A stretch of DNA of 38,048 nt, from the IMG/VR virus record IMGVR_UViG_3300043015_001023, positions 1 to 38,048 of that record; one strand, written 5' to 3'. This DNA is from a virus (Duplodnaviria; Caudoviricetes). This document shows positions 7,361 to 15,190 of the stretch, piece after piece. Position 1 is the stretch's first letter. The number at the start of each line of letters is the position of its first letter. The notes beneath the pieces were generated by a model that did not search any database, had not been told where the DNA came from, and saw only the letters and a list, made by a program, of their open reading frames with translations. Made by a program: the position numbers and the translations under genes.

Positions 7361-8751
7361 GGCTTCTTAAATCCCTGAGGCTGAAAACCTTGCGGCCTAG
7401 TATTTTCTTGCTGGCTTGATTGTCCCGCGCTTTTCGCCGCTGAAACGTCTTTAGGATCTGCATCTTTCATCTTGCCGAATTGCTTAGTTAGATAAAAAGG
7501 CCCAGCACTTGAGCCATGTCGATAAGCTGGCATATTAACCTCGACAATTGGATGCTTGTGTAACTCCTCATCGTTTTCAGAGTCAACAACGTTGTGAAGC
7601 AAAAAGATAGCGTCCGCATCTTGTTCAATCTGTCCAGACTCTCTCAAGTGTGTCATGTCTGGTTTCCCTTTGCCGTTTCGGTTTAACTGGCTCAAGGCAA
7701 ATACGGGGCACTCGATCTCTTTTGCTAAATCTTTTAATCCGCTTGATATTTCACCGATTGCAAGGTCATGTCTCCCTTTATCGTTTACACCAGCCTTTTG
7801 AAGGTAATCAACAACGATTAAATCTAGGCCGCCAAGCTTTGCACTAAACTGCTTTGCAATCGCTTTTATCTGTTGAATTTTTAGCGCTGGTGTATCTTCA
7901 ATATGCAAATGCTTATTATGAAGCTTGTGCGCCGCTGTAGAGACGTTAGACCAAAACTCGTCGTTATCCTCGCCCACATAGCCGTAAATGTCGCTAGGCT
8001 TCATATAGGACGCATTTGCCATTAATCTAACACCTAATTCAAACTCTGACATTTCCAAGCTAAAGAATAATACTTTTTTATCTTCCATTGCCAAGTTCGC
8101 AGAAACCGCCAGGCTTACAAGCGTTTTACCAGTTTTAGGTCTTGCGCCAACTACGATAAAATCTGTCTTCCCGATCCCTCTATCCCCTAAAGCTTCATCA
8201 ATTGCCGCTATACCTGTCTTAATCCCGTTTTCAATTTTACCTTTCGCCCTGTCATCACAGTAAGCTATAACCTTTTCCATAGCTGTTGTTATGTTTTTCT
8301 CTTTTTCTGAGCCTTGATTCATCATTGTGGCGATTTTATTTAGTGAGTCTGACAGTAAAGTCATTTTATCTTCGTGATCTAACTTGCTACTCATGGCTCT
8401 GTCTAAATCTCTAACCATTGCATAGGCGTCTCTTTGCCTTGCTAGCTCTCTAATTTTTACTGCGTGATCTTTGATGATGTTTAGTGAAGCGTAAGACTCT
8501 TTTGAAGCCTTGTTAGCTAAAGCAAAATCAATTTCATCAAAATCAACCATTGTTATAACGTCAAACTTTTCGCCTTTAGCTTTTTGCTGCTCAATAACTC
8601 GCATGATCGCCTTTGTGTCGCGGTGATAAAAGTCATCAGCACTGACAAGAGTGTCAAGCTCTGCGCTTTCAGTGCTATCCTCGCCAATGTTCAAATATTT
8701 ACCAATAACAGAAAGTTCAAAGTCGTAGTTAATTAAATTGTTAATATCCAT
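7357..8751 (-). CDS. dnaB: DnaB-like replicative helicase
   Basis: GARPKTGKT, FFSLEM, VVDYLQ, LSQLNR, LRESGQIEQDAD. Confidence 0.95.
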   Translation of the reverse strand: MDINNLINYDFELSVIGKYLNIGEDSTESAELDTLVSADDFYHRDTKAIMRVIEQQKAKGEKFDVITMVDFDEIDFALANKASKESYASLNIIKDHAVKIRELARQRDAYAMVRDLDRAMSSKLDHEDKMTLLSDSLNKIATMMNQGSEKEKNITTAMEKVIAYCDDRAKGKIENGIKTGIAAIDEALGDRGIGKTDFIVVGARPKTGKTLVSLAVSANLAMEDKKVLFFSLEMSEFELGVRLMANASYMKPSDIYGYVGEDNDEFWSNVSTAAHKLHNKHLHIEDTPALKIQQIKAIAKQFSAKLGGLDLIVVDYLQKAGVNDKGRHDLAIGEISSGLKDLAKEIECPVFALSQLNRNGKGKPDMTHLRESGQIEQDADAIFLLHNVVDSENDEELHKHPIVEVNMPAYRHGSSAGPFYLTKQFGKMKDADPKDVSAAKSAGQSSQQENTRPQGFQPQGFKKP

Positions 8752-9458
8752 TACAGAGTGCCCTTTTCAATAAGTCGAGTAAATTTGCTTTGATTGGTTA
8801 TAGCTTCAAGGTCTGCTATCCAATCAAACTTTGAGCCGTTTAAGCTTTCGTTAGTGTTACACCATTTAAAAAACTCTCTCCACCAATCGAGTGATTGATA
8901 GTCTTTATTTTCAGACCATCTTGCTTTCAATTGAGAGATTCGTTTTTGTTTCGAGTTAAACGTCATTACTCTTGGTAATGCTGTGCATTCTTCATTGTAA
9001 ATTGAAACCAACTCATCTACAGGAATCTTTGATTCCGTATGTTTAGTGTTTCCATTATCTCCATTGTTACCATTGTTGTTTGTGGTTACTTGCTGGTTAC
9101 TTGTTGGTTGTTTGCTGGTTACTTGCTGGTTAGCTTGCTGGTACTTATTCCAGTTAGTTATTGATATTACTGAATATTTATTGGTTGGCTTGATGGTTAA
9201 AATTGATAGCTTTTCAAGTTTAACTAATGCCGTCCTTACATTCTGTTCTGTAAGCCCTGTAGAGCTTGAAATTGCCTTTCTTCCAGTAACAAATTGACCT
9301 GCATTAACAGTTACTATTGAGTCCCCAACAAGTTGATCATGCTTGCTGTGACTAGCTTTTAATAAGCAGTACATAAAAACCCTAAATAACTTATCATTTT
9401 TAAATATTGGATTATCGAGTAATTGCCTATGGACGCATACCCAGCCATGTGAAGACAT
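8751..9458 (-). CDS. Phage replication initiator (lambda O-like/replisome organiser)
   Basis: GWVCVHRQLLDNPIF N-terminus, HTH, internal iterons, directly upstream of the helicase. Confidence 0.8.
   Translation of the reverse strand: MSSHGWVCVHRQLLDNPIFKNDKLFRVFMYCLLKASHSKHDQLVGDSIVTVNAGQFVTGRKAISSSTGLTEQNVRTALVKLEKLSILTIKPTNKYSVISITNWNKYQQANQQVTSKQPTSNQQVTTNNNGNNGDNGNTKHTESKIPVDELVSIYNEECTALPRVMTFNSKQKRISQLKARWSENKDYQSLDWWREFFKWCNTNESLNGSKFDWIADLEAITNQSKFTRLIEKGTL
9083..9143. repeat. Replication-origin iterons (about five 11-bp TGGTTACTTGC units)
   Basis: tggttacttgc-tggttacttgt-tggttgtttgc-tggttacttgc-tggttagcttgc inside the initiator gene. Confidence 0.75.
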
Positions 9459-9467
9459 AAGCAGCCC

Positions 9468-9635
9468 CTATAAACTTTCTAAAGCTTCTTGCAGTTCTGC
9501 GATTACCATTTTTATATGATCTGACTTAATAACCATACATTCAGGTGTGACTTGCTCAAAAGGCTTTACTTCGTCAATGTACATAAAAACAACATCGTTA
9601 TCATTGTTTAGGTGGGTGCTAATATACGGTTTCAT
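9468..9635 (-). CDS. Hypothetical 55-aa protein (MKPYISTHLNND...)
   Basis: GAGGT RBS; manual translation; fills the gap before the initiator. Confidence 0.65.
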   Translation of the reverse strand: MKPYISTHLNNDNDVVFMYIDEVKPFEQVTPECMVIKSDHIKMVIAELQEALESL

Positions 9636-9693
9636 GCTATAATTACCTCGTTAATTGATATTTAAATTGCCAGTCTGACCCACTGGCTTTTTT
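9635..9693 (+). ncRNA. Putative OOP-like antisense RNA unit
   Basis: Extended -10 TGcTATAAT at 9635-9643, then GCCAGT/ACTGGC hairpin and a T-tract. Confidence 0.5.
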
Positions 9694-9889
9694 ATTTGTG
9701 CTTTGCATTCTCAGACATAATTAAGCTCTTAGCTTCGTCTGGGTTTCTGCAAGCTAAACCCTGTAATTTCTGCAAACCCAATGTCATGGCCGCTCTAGCC
9801 ACCGCTGAATCAAAAAGATCAACCGCATCGCCAACATCATTAATTTTTAGTTTTACGGCGTCAGGGAATCTAACGTTTAACTTTTCCAT
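9692..9889 (-). CDS. Ribbon-helix-helix-like regulator
   Basis: MEKLNVRFPDAVKLKI...SAVARAAM fits a beta-strand/helix/helix pattern; GAGGA RBS. Confidence 0.6.
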   Translation of the reverse strand: MEKLNVRFPDAVKLKINDVGDAVDLFDSAVARAAMTLGLQKLQGLACRNPDEAKSLIMSENAKHK

Positions 9890-9910
9890 TTTATAATCCT
9901 CTTTGTAAGT

Positions 9911-9948
9911 TGTGGCTACATTATGGTTTATATTTGTGGCCACGTCAA
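9911..9948 (-). promoter_or_regulatory. Sigma70 promoter with two operator-like repeats
   Basis: TTGACG-17-CATAAT; TGTGGCTAC and TGTGGCCAC flank the -10. Confidence 0.75.
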
Positions 9949-9959
9949 CACCCAGGCAC

Positions 9960-9982
9960 AAAAAAGCCGCAATTAAGCGGCT
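9960..9982 (-). terminator. Intrinsic terminator
   Basis: AGCCGC/GCGGCT stem with an A-tract on +. Confidence 0.75.
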
Positions 9983-10005
9983 GGTTGTGGTGGTTATTTT
10001 GGCGG

Positions 10006-10191
10006 CTAATAACCTTTAACCTTAAAATTCTGCTTCCTTAACACAGTAATTATGTCACCTAACAAGTAAGTTAAGTCATCATAACTCCATGATTCAATTG
10101 TTACCTCGCCGTCTTCAATGGCTTCGCTTACATCAAAGCCCATACTTTCAAGCTCTTTGATGTTTTCTTTATGGTTTGGAAATGAACTCAT
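10006..10191 (-). CDS. Hypothetical protein
   Basis: GGAGG RBS; 61 aa. Confidence 0.7.
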   Translation of the reverse strand: MSSFPNHKENIKELESMGFDVSEAIEDGEVTIESWSYDDLTYLLGDIITVLRKQNFKVKGY

Positions 10192-10202
10192 ACTAACCTC
10201 CC

Positions 10203-10388
10203 TTAATCATTTTGCGCTTCTAGCCACTTTTTACCCTTTCCATATAACCAGTCTTCTGGCTCGTATTCGTCAGTGTCATTTATCGCTGAGTGCATATAAC
10301 ACTCGATTTCTTCTGTGCATGACCAGTTACAGCTTTGAATGCACTCTACAATCTCTTGTACTAATTCTTTTGATACTAATTCGCTCAT
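10203..10388 (-). CDS. Hypothetical acidic protein
   Basis: ATGA coupling; 61 aa. Confidence 0.7.
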   Translation of the reverse strand: MSELVSKELVQEIVECIQSCNWSCTEEIECYMHSAINDTDEYEPEDWLYGKGKKWLEAQND

Positions 10389-10594
10389 TTCTCACTCCAA
10401 TCAACCGACACATGACCTGCATCGGTAAAGTTAAAAGTAAATACCAAGTTGCACTTTCCTTCAATGTTGCGTGTATTTACCTTGTTGTTTTTGCGTAGCT
10501 GCATAGCTTCGCGTGTTGCGTATAAAAGACTATTAGCTTGAAACTCGTTTAGTTGTGTGAATTTTGCGGGTAGTTTAATTTGCTTATCCATCAC
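10385..10594 (-). CDS. Hypothetical protein
   Basis: Coupled operon ORF. Confidence 0.7.
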   Translation of the reverse strand: MMDKQIKLPAKFTQLNEFQANSLLYATREAMQLRKNNKVNTRNIEGKCNLVFTFNFTDAGHVSVDWSEK

Positions 10595-10851
10595 TCACCC
10601 CTTGCGCGTTTAAGTAGCGATTCGATTTCTTTATATTGGTATGTAAAATCTTCGATGCTGTCACCATCCATTAGGCTTATTGCTAGCTTTAACATTTCAT
10701 ACATATCAGCATGAGCTAGAGTTGCATTTTCAATGTACTCTATTTGATTTTCGCCCAGCTCATCATAGCGGTTCTGCATTATAGTGCCATGGCCTGCACT
10801 ATCAAAATCAATCCCGTATGGGAATAGCTCGTTAAATTTCTCTCTCATCAC
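10591..10851 (-). CDS. Hypothetical protein
   Basis: AGGAG RBS; first gene after the leftward promoter. Confidence 0.7.
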   Translation of the reverse strand: MMREKFNELFPYGIDFDSAGHGTIMQNRYDELGENQIEYIENATLAHADMYEMLKLAISLMDGDSIEDFTYQYKEIESLLKRARGE

Positions 10852-10873
10852 TATCTCCTATTAAGTTTCGGTA

Positions 10874-10965
10874 ACTGTAGCAGTTGCGGTTTAATTGTGC
10901 AATATGAAAATGTACAAAATATGTTGATATTTAATGTTGACAATTTACACACGCTGAATTAAAGT
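10874..10965. promoter_or_regulatory. Divergent sigma70 promoters
   Basis: Leftward TTGCAC-17-TACAGT (10902-10874); rightward TTGACA-17-TAAAGT (10937-10965). Confidence 0.75.
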
Positions 10966-10995
10966 TACCACACCAAACGCAAAAGAGGTTTAAGT

Positions 10996-11127
10996 ATGAA
11001 GAAAGGTATTAGGTTAGATTTGCCACATAGCGTGCACGAGCAATTAGCTAAACTTCCAGGTGGTAAAAAAGGCAATGCAGAAAGGCTGTTGATTGATTGG
11101 GCAAAAAGACAAGAAAAGAAAGGTTAG
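10996..11127 (+). CDS. 43-aa Arc/CopG-like ribbon-helix-helix protein
   Basis: MKKGIRLDLPHSVHEQLAKL...NAERLLIDWAK; GAGGT RBS; below the ORF-track cutoff. Confidence 0.6.
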   Translation: MKKGIRLDLPHSVHEQLAKLPGGKKGNAERLLIDWAKRQEKKG

Positions 11128-11139
11128 TGGGGTAGTGAA

Positions 11140-11241
11140 ATGAGTAGTGAAAAGTTACTAAAAGAGTTGGAGCAAGCTAAAGCAAATGATGATGAAGCTT
11201 TAGTTTATGAGATTGAGCAAATATTGAGTGCAAGATTATGA
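11140..11241 (+). CDS. Hypothetical 33-aa protein (MSSEKLLKELEQ...)
   Basis: GGGG RBS; ATGA overlap with erf. Confidence 0.55.
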   Translation: MSSEKLLKELEQAKANDDEALVYEIEQILSARL

Positions 11242-11831
11242 AAATGTCAGATAAGTTAAATGATTTATTTGCTGCCTTATCTAAGTTTCAAGGTGAGCTA
11301 GAAAACGCAAGTAAGGGCAAGCAAGGCCATGGTTATAAGTATGCAGACCTTGCAGAGTGCATTAATGTTGCTAAACCGCATCTAGCTGCAAATGGCTTGG
11401 CTGTATCTCAAATGCTTGGTTCGGATGATCAGGGTAAACAGACGATGATAACACTGTTAAGCCACTCTAGCGGTCAATGGATTTCATCGGAGTTTGTCAT
11501 GGTTAATGCTGTGCTTCAAGGTGGTAGCGGCAAAAACCCAGCCCAAGTATTAGGCTCTGCAATAACATATCAGCGCCGTTACGCTTACGCCGCTATAATC
11601 GGGCTAGCCCAGGAAGATGACGACGCGGCAAGCGTTTCTGGCTCGCCTAGAGCGCAAAACAATCAAGCACAGCAAAAGAATTGGTATAACGGTTTTGAGA
11701 ATGATAAGCAGGGTATGATTGATCATCTTAATAACGGTGGTTCTGTGCAAGATATTATTGACAACCTTACAGGCCAAGGTTTATCGCTTAGCAAAGAAAC
11801 CATTAAAAAAATACAGGAGTTGGCATTATGA
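11238..11831 (+). CDS. erf: ERF-family ssDNA-annealing recombinase
   Basis: GYKYADL...GSAITYQRRYAYAAIIGLAQEDDDA signature. Confidence 0.92.
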   Translation: MKMSDKLNDLFAALSKFQGELENASKGKQGHGYKYADLAECINVAKPHLAANGLAVSQMLGSDDQGKQTMITLLSHSSGQWISSEFVMVNAVLQGGSGKNPAQVLGSAITYQRRYAYAAIIGLAQEDDDAASVSGSPRAQNNQAQQKNWYNGFENDKQGMIDHLNNGGSVQDIIDNLTGQGLSLSKETIKKIQELAL

Positions 11832-12538
11832 GTGAAGTAGTTTTATTTAAAGAGTTAACAGTTTTAGAAAAGCTAGATAAACTAGTTGCGGAAGGTGAGA
11901 AATATCAAGGTTTATACGTTGATATGGCTGATAAAGATCAGCGTAAATACGTAAAAGATCAAGCTGCATTTATTAAAGACCTGTTAAAGCAGTTGGACAG
12001 AAAGCGCATTGACCTTTCAAAATCTTACAAGGCAAATGTTGAAGCGGAAGCAAAGGCAATCAGAGAAAAACTTGAGCTTGCAAACAGCCCATTCACAAAG
12101 CTTATTGATGAATGGAATGAAAAGCGAGCCAAAGAGCTTGCAGAAGAAAAGCGCATCAAAGAGCTTAAAGAATTGGCAGAGCAAAAAGAGCGCGACCATG
12201 AAGAGGCTCTATCATTAAATCGCCTTTGGGATTTGGAGTCAGCAGAGCGCGAGCGAAAACGTGAAGAGGAAAGGCAAGCGCAAATTAAGCGTGAACAAGA
12301 TATCGCAGAGCAAGCAGCTAAGCAAGCCTTAATTGATGCTGAAAACGCCAGAAAAGCAGAGCAGCAAAGAATTGAAAATCAGCGCTTAAAGCGCGAGGCC
12401 GATACCGCGCACAAAGCAAAGGTAAATAACTCAATTCTATCTGTGCTTGTTAATAACGGCATTAGTGAAGATGATGCAAAAACCATGATCAAATTAGCGG
12501 CAAGAAACGAACTGCCAAACTTAACAATTAATTATTAA
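11828..12538 (+). CDS. Coiled-coil protein of the recombination module
   Basis: Long E/K/R/Q-rich helix; lies between erf and ssb. Confidence 0.75.
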   Translation: MSEVVLFKELTVLEKLDKLVAEGEKYQGLYVDMADKDQRKYVKDQAAFIKDLLKQLDRKRIDLSKSYKANVEAEAKAIREKLELANSPFTKLIDEWNEKRAKELAEEKRIKELKELAEQKERDHEEALSLNRLWDLESAERERKREEERQAQIKREQDIAEQAAKQALIDAENARKAEQQRIENQRLKREADTAHKAKVNNSILSVLVNNGISEDDAKTMIKLAARNELPNLTINY

Positions 12539-12550
12539 TAGGAAAATAAA

Positions 12551-13030
12551 ATGGCCCATACAATAGTAGGTAAATTAAATAAAAACGCTTCAATCTTTCA
12601 GGCTGGCGAGTCTACAGGCTTTGGCATTCGTCTTGGTGTTAAATACTATGATCGTGAAACTAAGCAGAATGAGTGGACTAATTATGATTGTGCTATTTTT
12701 GCAAAGCAACCTAGTCAAATTCAGTTTTACCAAAGCGCATTAGTTGAGGGTAGCGTGATTGAGGTTTCTGGCGATGCTTTAAAGATTAAATCTTTTGATG
12801 GTCAGAACGGCCAACAGTTAAGCATTGAGATTTTAAATGCAAAGCTTGGTTATGTGCATACTGGTCAGCAAGCGCCGCAGCAGCAGGATCAATATCAGCA
12901 GCAACAACAGCAACCGCAGCAGCAATACAACCAGCAGCAACAAGGCGGATTTGCACCGCAACAGCAGCAATACCAGCAACAACAGGGAGGTTTCGCGCCG
13001 CAGCAAGGTGGCTTTGCCCCACAGCAATAG
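12551..13030 (+). CDS. ssb: Single-stranded DNA-binding protein with a Gln-rich tail
   Basis: OB-fold-like N-terminus (KYYDRETKQNEWTNY...LVEGSVIEVSG), Q-rich linker, adjacent to erf. Confidence 0.8.
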   Translation: MAHTIVGKLNKNASIFQAGESTGFGIRLGVKYYDRETKQNEWTNYDCAIFAKQPSQIQFYQSALVEGSVIEVSGDALKIKSFDGQNGQQLSIEILNAKLGYVHTGQQAPQQQDQYQQQQQQPQQQYNQQQQGGFAPQQQQYQQQQGGFAPQQGGFAPQQ

Positions 13031-13106
13031 CGGGGACTTGTGTCACCTGTGCGGTGGTCAAGACCCCGATTGTAAAAATTGTGGCATCCCCTTCTGAGGA
13101 ATAAAT

Positions 13107-13210
13107 TTGACTAAACCAGAGTAGTGAAATAATTTTCAAAAAGGCATTGTCTCCCCAACTCTGCTTTTTACTACTCCATTACTTGCTAGCCCTCTTATGA
13201 GGGCTTTTTT
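13107..13210 (+). ncRNA. Putative ~70-nt sRNA with its own promoter and terminator
   Basis: TTGACT-17-TAATTT; CU-rich body; AGCCCTC/GAGGGCT hairpin plus T-tract. Confidence 0.45.
13188..13210 (+). terminator. Intrinsic terminator
   Basis: AGCCCTC-TTAT-GAGGGCT followed by Ts. Confidence 0.85.
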
Positions 13211-13220
13211 CTTTTTTTTT

Positions 13221-13275
13221 GTTATATCCATATAACTAAATGTTATTTCAAAAACTCATTTATCTTCGTTAGTAT
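13221..13275 (+). promoter_or_regulatory. Double-dyad (LysR-type) site plus -10 TAGTAT
   Basis: GTTAT-ATCCAT-ATAACTAAATGTTAT; -10 at +28. Confidence 0.7.
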
Positions 13276-13301
13276 CAAGCTATCAACTAATGGAGATAAA
13301 C

Positions 13302-13721
13302 ATGAAGCTTACACCATCACTTCTAAGTCAAATTATTGACGAAAACGACATTGAGAATTTTCACGCTAACATTAGCGATGAAATGGTAGTTCAAGTCAAA
13401 GCTGCCTACTCAATAGCAAACCAGAAACCAGCCAAAGACTCGTTAGTTATAAAGTGGCTTACTGATAAAGCTGAATATTTTCAATTCTCATACAATCAGT
13501 TCTTGGTGCGCTATGAAAATGAAGATAACAGTTACTACGATTGGTCTGAAACTGACGAAATGCTAGGAATGGCTTGGCATTATGCAATTGATCTAAAATC
13601 AACGTCAGCAGGCTGGCACGCTCAGAGAGCTAATAAGTATTTTACGCATATGAAAGCCTCAGTGGCTATTCTAGGTGTTATTAGTCAGCTAGATGAAGGT
13701 TATCATGCGTACACCTCGTAA
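13302..13721 (+). CDS. Hypothetical protein
   Basis: GGAG RBS before ATG 13302. Confidence 0.75.
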   Translation: MKLTPSLLSQIIDENDIENFHANISDEMVVQVKAAYSIANQKPAKDSLVIKWLTDKAEYFQFSYNQFLVRYENEDNSYYDWSETDEMLGMAWHYAIDLKSTSAGWHAQRANKYFTHMKASVAILGVISQLDEGYHAYTS

Positions 13722-14097
13722 CAAGCTCACAGATGAGCAAAAGCGGGTTCTAGACCAGAATCCGCACCTTCAAAGTGGTAAGTTAGCAAAGTTCTTAGGT
13801 TTAAGTGTAAACACAGTTACAGGTTACAGAGGTAGGAATGGTGGGATTAAATGGTCTTATAGCGGCGTCGGCATTCCCTTTGTTCGGTTTGACAAATGGC
13901 AGCATTGCTCAAGATGGCGCGTTAGATACAAAATGAAACTTTTATTTAGTGGCTCTTTTGATAACGCAATTAAAGTGCAAGGTCAGTTAATTTGGATGCT
14001 TGAAAATGGTTTGAATCCATTTGAAGAAAAGCGAATTAGAAAACCAGTCAAAACAATATTAGATCCTTTTGCAGGGTTAAAATTTGGTGGCAAGTAA
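13705..14097 (+). CDS. HTH protein with an AP2-like C-terminal region
   Basis: SGKLAKFLGLSVNTVTGYR HTH; GIPFVRFDK...RWRVRY...GSF. Confidence 0.6.
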   Translation: MRTPRNKLTDEQKRVLDQNPHLQSGKLAKFLGLSVNTVTGYRGRNGGIKWSYSGVGIPFVRFDKWQHCSRWRVRYKMKLLFSGSFDNAIKVQGQLIWMLENGLNPFEEKRIRKPVKTILDPFAGLKFGGK

Positions 14098-14384
14098 TGA
14101 GCGATAGAAATAAAAACATTAAGCTTGCTTTAAAGCTAAATACCGAAAGCGGAAAATCAATAAAAGAAATTTCTGAAATAACTGGTTGCAGCATTTACAA
14201 AATTAAAGCTGAAAGGAAGAGGTTAGGCTTAACTGGGTCTTATCGCCAGATAAAAGCTAATGAACTAAAACTTTTAATGTCTGATATGCCAATCAAAGAG
14301 GTTGCAAAAAGTCTAAATATGACAGGCGAACACGCATCTCAATATAGATATAGATACAAAAAGAAAATAAGGATTGAAGCGTAG
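14097..14384 (+). CDS. Tandem-HTH DNA-binding protein
   Basis: GKSIKEISEITGCSIYKI and MPIKEVAKSLNMTGEHASQYR. Confidence 0.7.
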   Translation: MSDRNKNIKLALKLNTESGKSIKEISEITGCSIYKIKAERKRLGLTGSYRQIKANELKLLMSDMPIKEVAKSLNMTGEHASQYRYRYKKKIRIEA

Positions 14385-14638
14385 TGAATTACTTAAATGA
14401 CCAGGCAGACTTAATTGATAGTCTAGTGTTGAAAATGCACGCACCGCTCAATTGCGGCGAGATGCACGTGTTGCGAAAAAACACACTAGACTTTACTAAG
14501 CGCGCAAGATATGAGCACTCTAAAAGATGCGAGTTATTGCGCAAGATTAGAACCGCACAAAACACAAATAACGAAGCGCTAGAGCTTGAGCTTTTGAGGC
14601 ATCTGGCAAAATTGGAGAATGACAATGCTAACACTTGA
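14384..14638 (+). CDS. Hypothetical protein
   Basis: GTG start coupled to the upstream stop. Confidence 0.65.
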   Translation: MNYLNDQADLIDSLVLKMHAPLNCGEMHVLRKNTLDFTKRARYEHSKRCELLRKIRTAQNTNNEALELELLRHLAKLENDNANT

Positions 14639-14771
14639 AGAAAAAGCAGCGCGCCATAGATTGATTAAATCAATCGTAAATAGGCGTAACAAAGAAAAAG
14701 CCGCAAGAAACCTAGAGCGACGCAGAGATGCAGAGTATATGCTTTATTTGAAATCTAAAGGGGTGGAGTAA
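14625..14771 (+). CDS. Hypothetical basic 48-aa protein (MLTLEEKAARHR...)
   Basis: GGAG RBS; TAATG overlap with the endolysin. Confidence 0.6.
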   Translation: MLTLEEKAARHRLIKSIVNRRNKEKAARNLERRRDAEYMLYLKSKGVE

Positions 14772-15190
14772 TGAACAAGGCAAAACTTACAGAGCAGCTA
14801 AAAACGCACGAAGGATTAAGGTTGAAGCCTTACCTTTGCACGTCTGGAAAGTTAACCATTGGCATCGGTAGAAATCTTGAATCTGTTGGCATAAGAGAAA
14901 GTGAAGCAGAATTAATGCTAAACAATGATATCGAGGAAACATATGTGAGACTCAGAAACGCATGGCCTAAAATTATTTTGCTTGATGATGTGCGTCAAAA
15001 TGTATTGATTAACATGGCTTTTAATATTGGCGTTAGTGGATTAATGAAGTTTCACAAAATGCTTAATGCTTTATCGCTTACAGACTACGAGCAAGCAGCA
15101 AAAGAGATGCTTAACAGCAAGTGGGCTAAGCAAGTTGGATATAGAGCTTTGGAGTTATCAAATCAAATGCGCACAGGTAAATACCAATGA
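14771..15190 (+). CDS. Endolysin, GH24/T4-type lysozyme
   Basis: HEGLRLKPYLCTSGKLTIGIGRNL (E-x8-C-x5-T triad), NMAFNIG, SKWAKQVGYRA. Confidence 0.92.
   Translation: MNKAKLTEQLKTHEGLRLKPYLCTSGKLTIGIGRNLESVGIRESEAELMLNNDIEETYVRLRNAWPKIILLDDVRQNVLINMAFNIGVSGLMKFHKMLNALSLTDYEQAAKEMLNSKWAKQVGYRALELSNQMRTGKYQ

Noticed and set aside
9046-9297. Plus-strand hydrophobic repeat ORF, or CRISPR-like array
   Set aside because: By-product of the 11-bp iterons; there are no spacers between repeats
13028-13075. TAG read-through or stop-codon reassignment in ssb
   Set aside because: In-frame read-through gives RGLVSPVRWSRPRL-stop with no motif; TAG ends several other genes normally and there is no suppressor tRNA
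12786-13139. Minus-strand Ala- and Leu-rich ORFs over ssb
   Set aside because: Reverse complement of CAG/CAA repeats stays open by composition
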